DNA of 64,000 nt, taken from a bacterium. Lineage in GTDB: Bacteria; Zixibacteria; MSB-5A5; WJJR01. Made by a program: the position numbers and the translations under genes. The notes beneath the pieces are model-generated. The model was not told where the DNA came from and did no database searches. It saw only the letters and a list, made by a program, of their open reading frames with translations. The stretch is taken from assembly GCA_021813505.1 (NCBI GenBank), contig JAKAKI010000040.1, forward strand, positions 56,559 through 120,558, in the 5' to 3' direction. Position 1 is the first letter of the stretch. The number at the start of each line of letters is the position of its first letter. Of this stretch, positions 1 to 9,270 are shown in pieces.

Positions 1-1116
1 TTTGGCATGCCCGCGCTGGCGCCCACTGGGTTCAACCTGGGGGTTGTCATCGGCGCCACGGTGTTGTCGACCTGGGCGAATCCGAGCATCGTTGGGTTGG
101 CCTGGGGCGTGGTGCTGGGAGGGGTGCTGCAGTGGGGATTCCAGGCGGTTTCATTGCACCGGCTGGGATTTCGTCATGCGATCGCGCCCGGGTGGCGCGA
201 CTCCAATGTTCATCACATCGCGAGGCTCATCCTGCCCTCGCTGGTCGGAACGGCCGCGGTGCAGATTAACATCTTTGCGATCACCCGGCTTGCCTGGTCG
301 CTGGGCGATGGGCCGGTGGCGTACTTGAACTACGCCTATCTGGTGATCTTCCTGCCCCTTGGTGTCTTTGCGGTCGCGACCGCGACAGTTGGCCTGCCCC
401 GGCTGTCGCAACTCGTTGCCGCCGGTGACGTGGATGAGGTGCGCCGGACATTCAGGCAGGGTGTCCAGACCGTTCTCTACTTGGTGATTCCCACCGCACT
501 GGCGTTCATCATTCTCGGGCAGCCGATTTGCGCCGCTCTCTTCCAACGGGGACGTTTTGACGCTGCCGCCAGTGTCCATACGGCGAGAGCGTTGGGATTT
601 TACGCGGTCGGCCTTCTGGCGATGGCGACCATTCGTGTGACCACGCCGCTTTTCTATGCCCATCATGACACGCGTACGCCGGCGCTGTGTGGTGTGATCT
701 CGGTAACAGCCAACTTGATCGGGATGTCGATCCTGGTCGGCTATCTAGGCTATGGCGGGCTGGCCCTGTCGGTTTCCTGCGCGGCGATCGTGCAGATCAC
801 CGTCCTGTTGGTGATCGCCCAGCGGCGGTACGGTCCTCTGGGGCTTCTCGATTTGGGGAAATCGCTTTTGACTCTTGCAGTCGTGGGACTGGGCTGCGTG
901 GGTGTGGGCTGGGGCGCCTGGCATCTTGGTGGTTTTGGGGCATCGGCCTGGTCACGGATCGGCGGGCTGGCCCTTGCGATTTTCATTGCCGCCCTGTTGT
1001 ACCTCGGGATAACTTGGCTGTTGGGGTACCGGCAAATCGGGGGCGTCAAAGTGAAACCACGGTGGCGCTCGGGGGCCGGTTCATCCAACGAGTCGGTCGA
1101 CAAGGGGGGCAGATGA
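1..1116 (+). CDS. murJ: Lipid II flippase MurJ/MviN (5' truncated by window edge)
   Basis: Frame open from base 1; polytopic; MviN motifs LPLGVFAVA, LFQRGRF, FYAHHDTRTP. Confidence 0.93.
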   Translation, partial: FGMPALAPTGFNLGVVIGATVLSTWANPSIVGLAWGVVLGGVLQWGFQAVSLHRLGFRHAIAPGWRDSNVHHIARLILPSLVGTAAVQINIFAITRLAWSLGDGPVAYLNYAYLVIFLPLGVFAVATATVGLPRLSQLVAAGDVDEVRRTFRQGVQTVLYLVIPTALAFIILGQPICAALFQRGRFDAAASVHTARALGFYAVGLLAMATIRVTTPLFYAHHDTRTPALCGVISVTANLIGMSILVGYLGYGGLALSVSCAAIVQITVLLVIAQRRYGPLGLLDLGKSLLTLAVVGLGCVGVGWGAWHLGGFGASAWSRIGGLALAIFIAALLYLGITWLLGYRQIGGVKVKPRWRSGAGSSNESVDKGGR

Positions 1117-1838
1117 AATTCTCGAAAGTTCTATTGCTGGCGACAGGCGTTGCACTTTGCGGTCTCGCGCCCAGCCCAGCTCTTGGCCAGAACCCGCCAC
1201 GGGAAATCGTCACGGTCGGCCACGCGGTGCTCAAGTCGAAGCCGAGCATTCTCGTGCTTGAAATCGCCGTCACTGGGGCGGGGCCGACGGCCGAGGATGC
1301 CAAGACGCGTTCGGCGAGCAAGACCGAAGCGGTGGTATCGGATTTTCGGCGATTTGGTATCAAGCCGGACGACTGGGAACGCAACCTGTCGGTCGCCCGG
1401 CGTCCGGTGCCGGATGAGCCGAAGCGCATCGGATTTTGGGCCACCACGACCTTGATTGCCCGCCTCGATGACTATGCCGCCGGACTTGAGATGCTCGACC
1501 GCGCGACAATCCTGGAAGTCAGTTCTGTGCGGTTCCGTTTTGAGACCAGCGATCCACAGGGGGAATACGAGAAAGCGCTCAAGCGTGCCTTGGCCGATGC
1601 GCGATTCAAAGCGGAGGCGCTGGCTGCCGAGGGGAATGTGAAACTTGGCACGCTGGTTGGTTGTGAGGAGTTGAGTGGCATCGAAGGGCCGGTCCGTCAG
1701 CCGGGTTCTCCGGCAGGAGCGGACGCTCACGGGAGTCCGGGCGACGAACCGCCCATTCATCAGCAAGTTGCGGATCTCAAAACGCCGACTGTCACGACGG
1801 TGGCGGAGGTCCGGGCACGTTTCGCCATAGTCCAGTAG
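1113..1838 (+). CDS. SIMPL (DUF541) domain periplasmic protein
   Basis: ATG overlaps murJ stop (ATGA); signal peptide MKFSKVLLLA...; ALKRALADARFKAEALA...LG typical of SIMPL. Confidence 0.8.
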   Translation: MKFSKVLLLATGVALCGLAPSPALGQNPPREIVTVGHAVLKSKPSILVLEIAVTGAGPTAEDAKTRSASKTEAVVSDFRRFGIKPDDWERNLSVARRPVPDEPKRIGFWATTTLIARLDDYAAGLEMLDRATILEVSSVRFRFETSDPQGEYEKALKRALADARFKAEALAAEGNVKLGTLVGCEELSGIEGPVRQPGSPAGADAHGSPGDEPPIHQQVADLKTPTVTTVAEVRARFAIVQ

Positions 1839-1850
1839 CAGGGATCCGTC

Positions 1851-3185
1851 ATGGCGCTTCGTTCCAGCATCGAGCGCTTCTTCGAATTCGGTGATCGCCA
1901 GGCCAGTTGGCGCGGCGAGATCATCGGCGGTTTTACAACGTTCCTGACAATGGCGTATATCGTCTTTGTCCAGCCGGCGGTGCTGGCGCAGGCGGGCATG
2001 GACTTTGGCGCCGTCATGGCCGCGACATGCCTATCGGCGGCGATTGCCACGCTGATCATGGCGTTGGCTGCAAACTATCCGATCGCGCTCGCGTCGGGCA
2101 TGGGGGAGAATTTCTTCTTCGTCTACGGTGTGGTCCTGGCCACCGGGATGCCATGGCCCGATGCCATGGGCGCCGTCTTTTTCGCGGGTGTTCTTTTCGT
2201 CATCCTTTCATTGGTCAGAGCGCGCGAAACGATTCTGAGCGGGATACCGGATTCTCTGAAGACAGCCTCAGCGGCCGGAATTGGACTTCTGATTGCGTTC
2301 TTCGGGCTGACCAATGCCGGATTAATCGTGAAAGGATCGGGCGCGCTGGTGGCGCTGGGGAAACTCACTCAGCCGCCCGTGCTCCTGGCGCTCGGGGGAT
2401 TGCTGGTCACTGTGATCATGTCAGTCCGCGGAATTCGTGGTGCGATCTTTTGGGGCATCCTGCTGTCCACATTGGCTGCGGCCGTCACCGACATGATTCA
2501 TATCGAAGGGGTCGTGGCGGCACCGCCCTCGCTGGCGCCGACATTTGGGAAACTGACGTGGACACCGGTTCTGTCTGCTGATTTCTTCGCGGCGGTTCTT
2601 GTCTTTCTGTTCATGGAGGTACTCGACACGGTCGGCACTCTCTCTGCCGTTGGGAAGCAGGGAGGCTTCTTTGTCGGCAACAAGCTGCCGCGTGCCAACC
2701 GCGCCTTTCTGGCCGATTCGCTTGGGATTGTGAGCGGCGCGATTCTGGGGACAACGACCGTGACAGCATACGCGGAATCATCGGCGGGAATCGCCGCCGG
2801 CGCGCGGACCGGCCTCTCCAACATGATCGTGATCCTTTGTTTTGTCCTGGCCTTGTTCTTTCACCCGCTGATCAGGGCGATTGGCGGCGGCATCGCGGCG
2901 CCGGACGGCAGTATCTTGAACCCGATCACGGCTCCCGCACTGATCATGGTTGGCGTCATGATGACCCGGCTGGTGGGACGGATTCCCTGGGACGATCTGA
3001 CCGAGGCGATACCGGCATTTCTGGTTATCATTGGCATACCGTTGACCTTTTCGATTTCCGACGGTCTGGCGCTGGGGTTTACGTTCTTCCCAATTGCCAA
3101 GATTGCGGCCGGACGCCATCGCGAGGTGCATCCGGTGATGTATGTGCTGGCCGCTGCCTCGATGGCGCGGTATGTGTTTCTGTAG
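1851..3185 (+). CDS. NCS2/AzgA-family nucleobase (guanine/hypoxanthine) permease
   Basis: EIIGGFTTFLTMAYIVFV, GMG.NFFF, TAYAESSAGIAAGARTGL, PLTFSISDG motifs. Confidence 0.92.
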   Translation: MALRSSIERFFEFGDRQASWRGEIIGGFTTFLTMAYIVFVQPAVLAQAGMDFGAVMAATCLSAAIATLIMALAANYPIALASGMGENFFFVYGVVLATGMPWPDAMGAVFFAGVLFVILSLVRARETILSGIPDSLKTASAAGIGLLIAFFGLTNAGLIVKGSGALVALGKLTQPPVLLALGGLLVTVIMSVRGIRGAIFWGILLSTLAAAVTDMIHIEGVVAAPPSLAPTFGKLTWTPVLSADFFAAVLVFLFMEVLDTVGTLSAVGKQGGFFVGNKLPRANRAFLADSLGIVSGAILGTTTVTAYAESSAGIAAGARTGLSNMIVILCFVLALFFHPLIRAIGGGIAAPDGSILNPITAPALIMVGVMMTRLVGRIPWDDLTEAIPAFLVIIGIPLTFSISDGLALGFTFFPIAKIAAGRHREVHPVMYVLAAASMARYVFL

Positions 3186-3227
3186 TCTTTCTTGAATTAC
3201 GTTTGACCACACCGCGGCCTGTTCCTG

Positions 3228-5558
3228 ATGATCGACGAGTGGCATGTAGCTGGACGCAAATCCGGATTGCCGGATAACCAGCAGCGTATTGCTGTCCGGG
3301 GTAAACGGCACCCGGCCCTGCTCCTGGCAGTGCTCGTTGCGCTCGGTGTTTGCCTTGCTGATCATGTTACGGCAGGCCTGACTCTCTGGCTTTGTACTTC
3401 CCTTGTCGCTCTGGCTGGAGTCGTTGCCTTACTGTTGACCCGACGTTGGCGAGGCTTGCTTGTTCTCGCCGGTGTCATGCTTGGCATTGCGCTGGGGGCG
3501 TGGCGCATGGCCGTCGAACTCCACGGACGACCTTCATTGCCGTTAGTCGACCTCATCGAGACACGCGAGCTGGTTGAAGTGTACGGGCGCCTGACCGGTA
3601 TCCCTCGGCAAAGGCTGAGTGGGTGGAGCGCACCCATTGAAGTAATGACGGTGCGCACCGATGCCGGGATTGTGCCCATCAAGTCCGCCGCGCTTCTCAG
3701 CATGCACAAATCACTTTCGGAGTTTCGCCACGGAGACCAGGTTCATTTCACCGGACGGTTCGAGGCACCGTTTGTCCGTCGCAATCCCGGAGGGTTCGAC
3801 TACGCCGCTCATCTGTTTCGACAGGGCATTGATGCCGTCGTCCGGCCGGTTGATTCTCTCGTTGATCGATACGGACTGAGCTCCACACCATCGCTGATGA
3901 ATATCGTCGAGCCGGTTCGCGCCTGGCTTCGCAATGTGTTCGGTGTGCACATGCCAAAAACAGCGCGCGCCCTGATCCTCGGCTTTCTCCTGGGCGACAC
4001 GGATCAGTTGTCTCCGGGCATTGTGGCGGCGTTCCGGGATTCCGGCACGCTTCATTTGCTGGCGGTTTCCGGGGCGAATGTCTGGCTTCTGGTTGGACTG
4101 GTGGCATGGCCGATGCGATTGCTGCGCATCCCGCGCTGGCCGCGATCGTTGATCATCCTGTCGGTCGTGACAGCCTTCTGTGTTTTGACTCGTAACGAAC
4201 CATCGGTGGTGCGCGCCTCGCTCATGGTGGGATTCTTCATTATTGGCCGCCTGATCTACCGGCCCATAACCTTGCTGAACGCCGTCGGCGCTTCGGCGCT
4301 CGTAATACTCATTGCCTCGCCATCCCAATTATTCCGTCCCGGGTTTCAACTGTCCTATGCGGCAGTCATCGGGATCGCGGTGGTCGCGCGGCAGATAACG
4401 CCATGGACGCAGTCATTGAAATCCCGATGGCTTCGGTCCGGCGTCCTGATCGTTTCTTCCTCGGTTGCGGCCACATTGGCAACCGCTCCCATTGTGGCCT
4501 GGCACTTCGGCAGCGTTTCCTTGGTATCGCTATTCGCGAATCTCGCGATGATCCCACTGGCGGCGGCCAGCCTGTACCTCTGCCTGGCGTTGGCGTTCTT
4601 GTCGGTGCTTTCGGTAGCGGCAGCCGGTTGGATCGCGTACCCGGCAGCCCGATTGCTTGATCTTTCTGCTTACCTGGCCACAACGTTTTCGAAGTTGCCA
4701 GGCGCCCATATTCCCTGGCCCAATCCCTCACCCATCTGGATCATCCACCTTTACGGTGCCGGAATTCTGGCGCTGAACTGGAGGCATCGTTACCGCTGGG
4801 TTCGTCCGGTAGCGTGGTATTCCGTAGGACTGACACTCCTAGTCTCGGCGAGTAGGACACTTCACGAAGACCCGCCGTCAATCACGCTGGCGTACCTGGA
4901 CACCGGCAACACGCGTGTCGCGGCTTGCCTTCATCCTAATGGGAATCTGACCTGGCTGGCCGACGACCCCGGCATTGACGACCAACTGGAGCAATGGGTG
5001 ACTCTGCCATTTGTCCGAACGTTATCGGTCCCTGTGCGGCACGCGGAAACTCATTCATGGCGGCGAATGGATTCTGTGGTCGGCCCCACTGTCAGATCAG
5101 CGCCCGCGCAAGGGCGGTTTCCGGCGCCGGGTTGGCGCAGATATGTCTCCGACCTCGACTCCGCCACAGATTCCCGCAGAGTCTGGTGCGATCGCTTCAC
5201 CTGGCAGGGTGACACGGTCATGTGCCTGCGGGACTATCCCACGTCGCCGCCTGGCGCGGCGTGGATCGACTCCACACTCGGCTCCGGGTGGACGATCGTG
5301 TTGCCGGCAAGAATCCCGGACCGGCTGGTCCGGCGGATCCTTGATCGTCATGCCCCCCGTCGGGTCGCGTTCTTCGGCCATGCCGGGGTTTGGCGCGACC
5401 CGGATCAGGTTCTGGAGTTGTGGCGCATGCGCTATCCAGTCATTGAGTTCTATTCCACCGCCGTTCATGGCTGTATGCAAATCCGCTTAGGCCGGGCGGG
5501 CGCCCCGATTCTGCCCACGATGGCGGAATCTCGCTGGGTCCCCTCTCCGGCGGGTTAA
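3228..5558 (+). CDS. comEC: ComEC/Rec2 DNA uptake channel (DUF4131 OB + Competence domain, atypical C-terminus)
   Basis: RNPGGFDY, FRDSGTLHLLAVSGANV, PSVVRASLM, GFQLSY; exact start uncertain. Confidence 0.88.
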   Translation: MIDEWHVAGRKSGLPDNQQRIAVRGKRHPALLLAVLVALGVCLADHVTAGLTLWLCTSLVALAGVVALLLTRRWRGLLVLAGVMLGIALGAWRMAVELHGRPSLPLVDLIETRELVEVYGRLTGIPRQRLSGWSAPIEVMTVRTDAGIVPIKSAALLSMHKSLSEFRHGDQVHFTGRFEAPFVRRNPGGFDYAAHLFRQGIDAVVRPVDSLVDRYGLSSTPSLMNIVEPVRAWLRNVFGVHMPKTARALILGFLLGDTDQLSPGIVAAFRDSGTLHLLAVSGANVWLLVGLVAWPMRLLRIPRWPRSLIILSVVTAFCVLTRNEPSVVRASLMVGFFIIGRLIYRPITLLNAVGASALVILIASPSQLFRPGFQLSYAAVIGIAVVARQITPWTQSLKSRWLRSGVLIVSSSVAATLATAPIVAWHFGSVSLVSLFANLAMIPLAAASLYLCLALAFLSVLSVAAAGWIAYPAARLLDLSAYLATTFSKLPGAHIPWPNPSPIWIIHLYGAGILALNWRHRYRWVRPVAWYSVGLTLLVSASRTLHEDPPSITLAYLDTGNTRVAACLHPNGNLTWLADDPGIDDQLEQWVTLPFVRTLSVPVRHAETHSWRRMDSVVGPTVRSAPAQGRFPAPGWRRYVSDLDSATDSRRVWCDRFTWQGDTVMCLRDYPTSPPGAAWIDSTLGSGWTIVLPARIPDRLVRRILDRHAPRRVAFFGHAGVWRDPDQVLELWRMRYPVIEFYSTAVHGCMQIRLGRAGAPILPTMAESRWVPSPAG

Positions 5559-5623
5559 GCCCGATCCCTTTGCCCCCGATAACGATACATGGTGGCACAC
5601 CATGCCACCATCAGGGGTTGAAC

Positions 5624-6796
5624 ATGGGATTTACCGGCAATCTGAAAACTCTCTCGTTCGGAGACATTCTCCAGCTCATATCCACGGGGAAGAAGACTGG
5701 AGTTCTCCAGATTCTGCGGTCGAATTTCGCGAAGAAGATTTACTTCCGCGGCGGGAATATTATCGCCGCCGCGTCGCTGCCTTCGACGATCGAAGAGCGG
5801 CTGGGGCAGGTGCTGGCGCGCAAGGGACTCTTGACGGCGGAAGATCTGGACAAGGCGCTGAAGAGACACAAATCCTCCGGCAAACGGCTTGGCCAGGTGC
5901 TCATCGAAAACGGGATGCTGGACCGATCCGTCGTCCTCGACGCGTTACGCGCTCAGGTGGAAGAGGTCGTTTACAGCGTCTTCTCCTGGTCGGAGGCGGA
6001 ATTCCGGTTCCTGGACGATGAGATGCCGGATCAGGGGCAGATTCTGGTTGATCTCAACACCATGAACGTCATGATGGAAGGCGCCCGGCGATTCGATGAA
6101 TACGCCGAGGTCGCCCACGATCTTCCATCCGGTGAAACTGTCCTGCGCCTGTGCCCGTCGCCGCATCTGAATCAGCCGAGCATCGTCCTCACCGCCGACG
6201 ACGTGGAGATTCTGGCGGCGGTCAATGGCGAACGAAATCTGCTGGAGATTCTCGCCACGGCGCCAAACGGTGAATACAGTGCCTCGAAATCACTCCACAA
6301 ACTCGTGCAATCGAAACTGGTCGAGGCCTGTCCCGATGCTGCGGAGCGCGACAAGCGGCGCGGAGAGGAAGAGCAAGTCTACGATTTGATCTACCGCCTG
6401 TATTCGCACGCGCTTCAGGCGCTGCGCAAGTCTCTGGTCGAATACCTCGGCATGCTGGGTGAACGGTTGTTCGCGGCGGTGCCGGAGGGCTGGGATTCGG
6501 AGACCGCCGGTCTCCTGAGTGTTTTGACCGGCGGGAGCGACGGCGCGGAGGAAGCATTTCGCAAGGAGACTTCCCGCATTCCCGAGACGGTGCGTCTGCA
6601 TCGGGTTCTGGCGCTGGCGGGATCATTGTTGTCCGACAAAGTGCGGGTGATGACCGATCGAGTGGGACCCAACACCACCGGACACACAATCAATGGAATA
6701 CACAAGGACCTGACCTTCCTGCTGGCGCAGAAGCGCCAGCTGGCCGACAAGTATGATGTCGGCAGGGAGTTCCGTCAGGCATTGCGAGGAGCGTGA
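5624..6796 (+). CDS. DUF4388 (PATAN/PatA-N-like) protein with tandem MshEN-type RLG motifs
   Basis: GNLKTLSFGDILQLI..GKKTGVL, IYFRGG, VFSW..AEFRF, MEGARRFDE; two RLGQVL repeats at 5798-5956. Confidence 0.85.
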   Translation: MGFTGNLKTLSFGDILQLISTGKKTGVLQILRSNFAKKIYFRGGNIIAAASLPSTIEERLGQVLARKGLLTAEDLDKALKRHKSSGKRLGQVLIENGMLDRSVVLDALRAQVEEVVYSVFSWSEAEFRFLDDEMPDQGQILVDLNTMNVMMEGARRFDEYAEVAHDLPSGETVLRLCPSPHLNQPSIVLTADDVEILAAVNGERNLLEILATAPNGEYSASKSLHKLVQSKLVEACPDAAERDKRRGEEEQVYDLIYRLYSHALQALRKSLVEYLGMLGERLFAAVPEGWDSETAGLLSVLTGGSDGAEEAFRKETSRIPETVRLHRVLALAGSLLSDKVRVMTDRVGPNTTGHTINGIHKDLTFLLAQKRQLADKYDVGREFRQALRGA

Positions 6797-6800
6797 GACG

Positions 6801-7193
6801 ATGATCGCGAGCTTCATTGTATCGATATCGCATGTCCTCCGCGCCGGCGCGGGGACGCTAATCCAGCAGTCGTCGGGTGCGCAAAGCGGCCAGTCCTCCG
6901 TTTCCGGGTTTTCCATCGGATCGCTGATTCTGTGCATACTAATGGTGCTGGTGCTGGCGGCGTGCATCATGAGTGCTTTCAAGATCTATGTTGCCGTCCG
7001 GGGTGGGAAGATTGCCCAGGGCTGGTTTCTGTTTGTCGTTGGATTTGGGCTGCTTGGCCTGGCTCAGGTGATACTGCTCGCGTCTCAGATGACGATCCTG
7101 CCGGTGTCGACGATGCTGGCGGATGCCATGCGCGCCGTGGCCCTGATTGTGATTTTGATCGGCGCCGGCCGTCTGAGAAGACTCCTGACATAG
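6801..7193 (+). CDS. Small ~3-TM membrane protein, unknown function
   Basis: GAGGA upstream of ATG 6801; three hydrophobic segments; starts 4 nt after the upstream stop. Confidence 0.7.
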   Translation: MIASFIVSISHVLRAGAGTLIQQSSGAQSGQSSVSGFSIGSLILCILMVLVLAACIMSAFKIYVAVRGGKIAQGWFLFVVGFGLLGLAQVILLASQMTILPVSTMLADAMRAVALIVILIGAGRLRRLLT

Positions 7194-7392
7194 AGTGCTA
7201 TTCGGTGCGCACTTACGTGCAGCCGCGGCCGTCACGGTATCGCGGGGTAATGGGGTTTTGGCAGGCGCAGCGCAAATGGTTGGTAAAGTTCCCCCCATGG
7301 GGCGTCGATATCAACAATTGTGATATGGGGATAGCCCTTGTCGCGCAGGCGGACGCGGGGCTGTCGCAGTGATTTGATTTCCAAGGGCGCAG

Positions 7393-8283
7393 ATGATCAA
7401 CGTCGCGGAATTAGACGAGCGCATCGAACGTTGCCTGGCCATTCTGGCTGATAATCCGCATTCCCAGGTTTTTGCGGCACTGGCCGAGGCATACCGGCGC
7501 CGTGGAGACTTTGGCCGGGCATTCTCGGTGTGCAAGAGCGGGCTGAAGCATCACCCGGATTATAGTCCGGCCTATGTTGTTCTGGCCAAGCTCTATTTGC
7601 ACCAGAAGATGCTGCCGGATGCATTGACTTCTCTGCAGCGTGCGGTTGAGCTCGATGGCACGACTCGCGTCACCGATGTGCTCGAAGCGGAGATTCAACT
7701 CGCGCTGGGAGACATCAAGGCGACGCAGGTTGTGATCGATCGCTTGCGCATGACGGATCCGGGGAATGTCTCGTTGCCGGAACTGGTGGAACAACTGAAG
7801 CTGCTGCGGTCCGGCCCAATTGTCCCTCCGGCGAATTCTTCGCCCCCGGATGATTGGTCCCAATCATCGCCGCGCGCAGCCTCAGTGTCACGACCCGAGC
7901 CGGAATGCACGAATTGGCCGGAGTGGGCGGTCGCCACCGGCAATCTTCCGGGAGTCGAGTTTGCGTTCGTTGCCGGAGCAAATGGCCGCGTTAGCGCACA
8001 ATCCCCCGAGTCCGAGGCGACTCCCTCCAAAGCCGAAATCATTCTGGATTCGTTGCGGGAGATCGAAGGCCGCTGGCAGGCCGACGTTTGGGGAACGGTC
8101 GGTGAACTTCGCATCGAGAGCACACACGGAGACGTGTGGATCGGACGGCTCAAGGACGTGATCGTCGGATTCGTAGGGTCAGAGCAATTGAAGTACGGTG
8201 CGGCGCGCCAGCGCTGTCTTGATTTGGCGGCGCGGGTCCTGGATGCGCAGATCGCGACAGGCAGTACTGAGGGGCGTGTGTGA
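7393..8283 (+). CDS. TPR protein with Pro/Ser linker and C-terminal roadblock/LC7-like domain
   Basis: NPHSQVFAALAEAYRRRG TPR repeats; C-terminal LPGVEFAFVAGANG...ELRIES...GAARQRC roadblock-like pattern. Confidence 0.72.
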   Translation: MINVAELDERIERCLAILADNPHSQVFAALAEAYRRRGDFGRAFSVCKSGLKHHPDYSPAYVVLAKLYLHQKMLPDALTSLQRAVELDGTTRVTDVLEAEIQLALGDIKATQVVIDRLRMTDPGNVSLPELVEQLKLLRSGPIVPPANSSPPDDWSQSSPRAASVSRPEPECTNWPEWAVATGNLPGVEFAFVAGANGRVSAQSPESEATPSKAEIILDSLREIEGRWQADVWGTVGELRIESTHGDVWIGRLKDVIVGFVGSEQLKYGAARQRCLDLAARVLDAQIATGSTEGRV

Positions 8284-8310
8284 GCGTCTTGACTTGGAAG
8301 GGAATGTACA

Positions 8311-9270
8311 ATGGGCGCATATGACAGGGACACAACGGCCGGAACTGTGAGCACGGTCGTCCGACAGACAATTCTTCTCACGGGCGCCCTGTCCGTGTTA
8401 CCGCTGTTGCCGTATCCCAACACTTTTGGGATGGGGATGCTGGGGGCCGGCCCCTGGCTGGGAGCCGTGGAAACTCTCCTGTATCTGGGGATTCTCTCCC
8501 TTCTGGCCCGCTGGCTCACCGCGCCGCAACTGATTGTCGGCGCCGTGCTGACGTTTGCCTATCGCGCAGCGCTTGGCGCCGCATCCGGATCATTGCTTGC
8601 GGCCAGCAACAATGTGCCCTGGGGGGAGTCGGTCAGTCTCACTCTGTGGTCTTATCCCATCGCGGTCTTTCCGCATATTCTGGCAGCACCACTGGTCGTG
8701 CGTTCCATTCTGAAAGCGTTTTGGGATGAAGAACGCCCGTATTCGCGCCGTCGTGCCATGCCGGTGACGGCGTCGACTGTGTCCCGCCGCGCCGACGGAC
8801 TGGCGCGTACTGAGCCCACTCCCCGTATTGTGCAGCATGCCGCGACGGCACGCGCTGTCACTCATAACATGCCGGCCCTTGACAACGCCATGAGCTACAT
8901 CGGCGAGTACGACGGTGTGCGGATGTGCTGGCTGGTGGACCATGAAGGATTGCCACTGGCTTCCTGGCAGCGGCAGGAGTACACGGGCAGTGTCGAGTTT
9001 TGGGCGCCGATTTCGGTTGAGATTGTGGAATTCAACCGGCGCTGTTTGTCGGCGGGTGGCGATGTCCGGCCACTGCGCGTCGAGGTACGGACCGATGCGG
9101 GACGAATCATTCTGGAAACCGCCGGGGAGTTCTGGCTGGGTGTATTGACCGATCGCGAAACGGATGAGCTCATCGGTCTGCGTCTTTCCCAATCACGCGA
9201 AATGATCTTAAAACATCTGCAGGAGCGGTGTGCGCAGTACTCGGGATTGCAGGAGGCTCGGTATGTATGA
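8311..9270 (+). CDS. Membrane protein (~4 TM) with C-terminal roadblock/LC7 domain
   Basis: Hydrophobic N-half; C-terminal YDGVRMCWLVDHEGLPLAS...VEVRTDAGRIIL...LIGLRL roadblock pattern. Confidence 0.72.
   Translation: MGAYDRDTTAGTVSTVVRQTILLTGALSVLPLLPYPNTFGMGMLGAGPWLGAVETLLYLGILSLLARWLTAPQLIVGAVLTFAYRAALGAASGSLLAASNNVPWGESVSLTLWSYPIAVFPHILAAPLVVRSILKAFWDEERPYSRRRAMPVTASTVSRRADGLARTEPTPRIVQHAATARAVTHNMPALDNAMSYIGEYDGVRMCWLVDHEGLPLASWQRQEYTGSVEFWAPISVEIVEFNRRCLSAGGDVRPLRVEVRTDAGRIILETAGEFWLGVLTDRETDELIGLRLSQSREMILKHLQERCAQYSGLQEARYV

Noticed and set aside
687-1112. N-terminal extension of the SIMPL ORF as given in the ORF track
   Set aside because: Overlaps murJ; the signal peptide begins at ATG 1113, coupled to the murJ stop
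5592-5605. Sigma54 promoter (TGGCAC...TGC) upstream of the DUF4388 gene
   Set aside because: GG-to-GC spacing is 8 nt instead of the required 10
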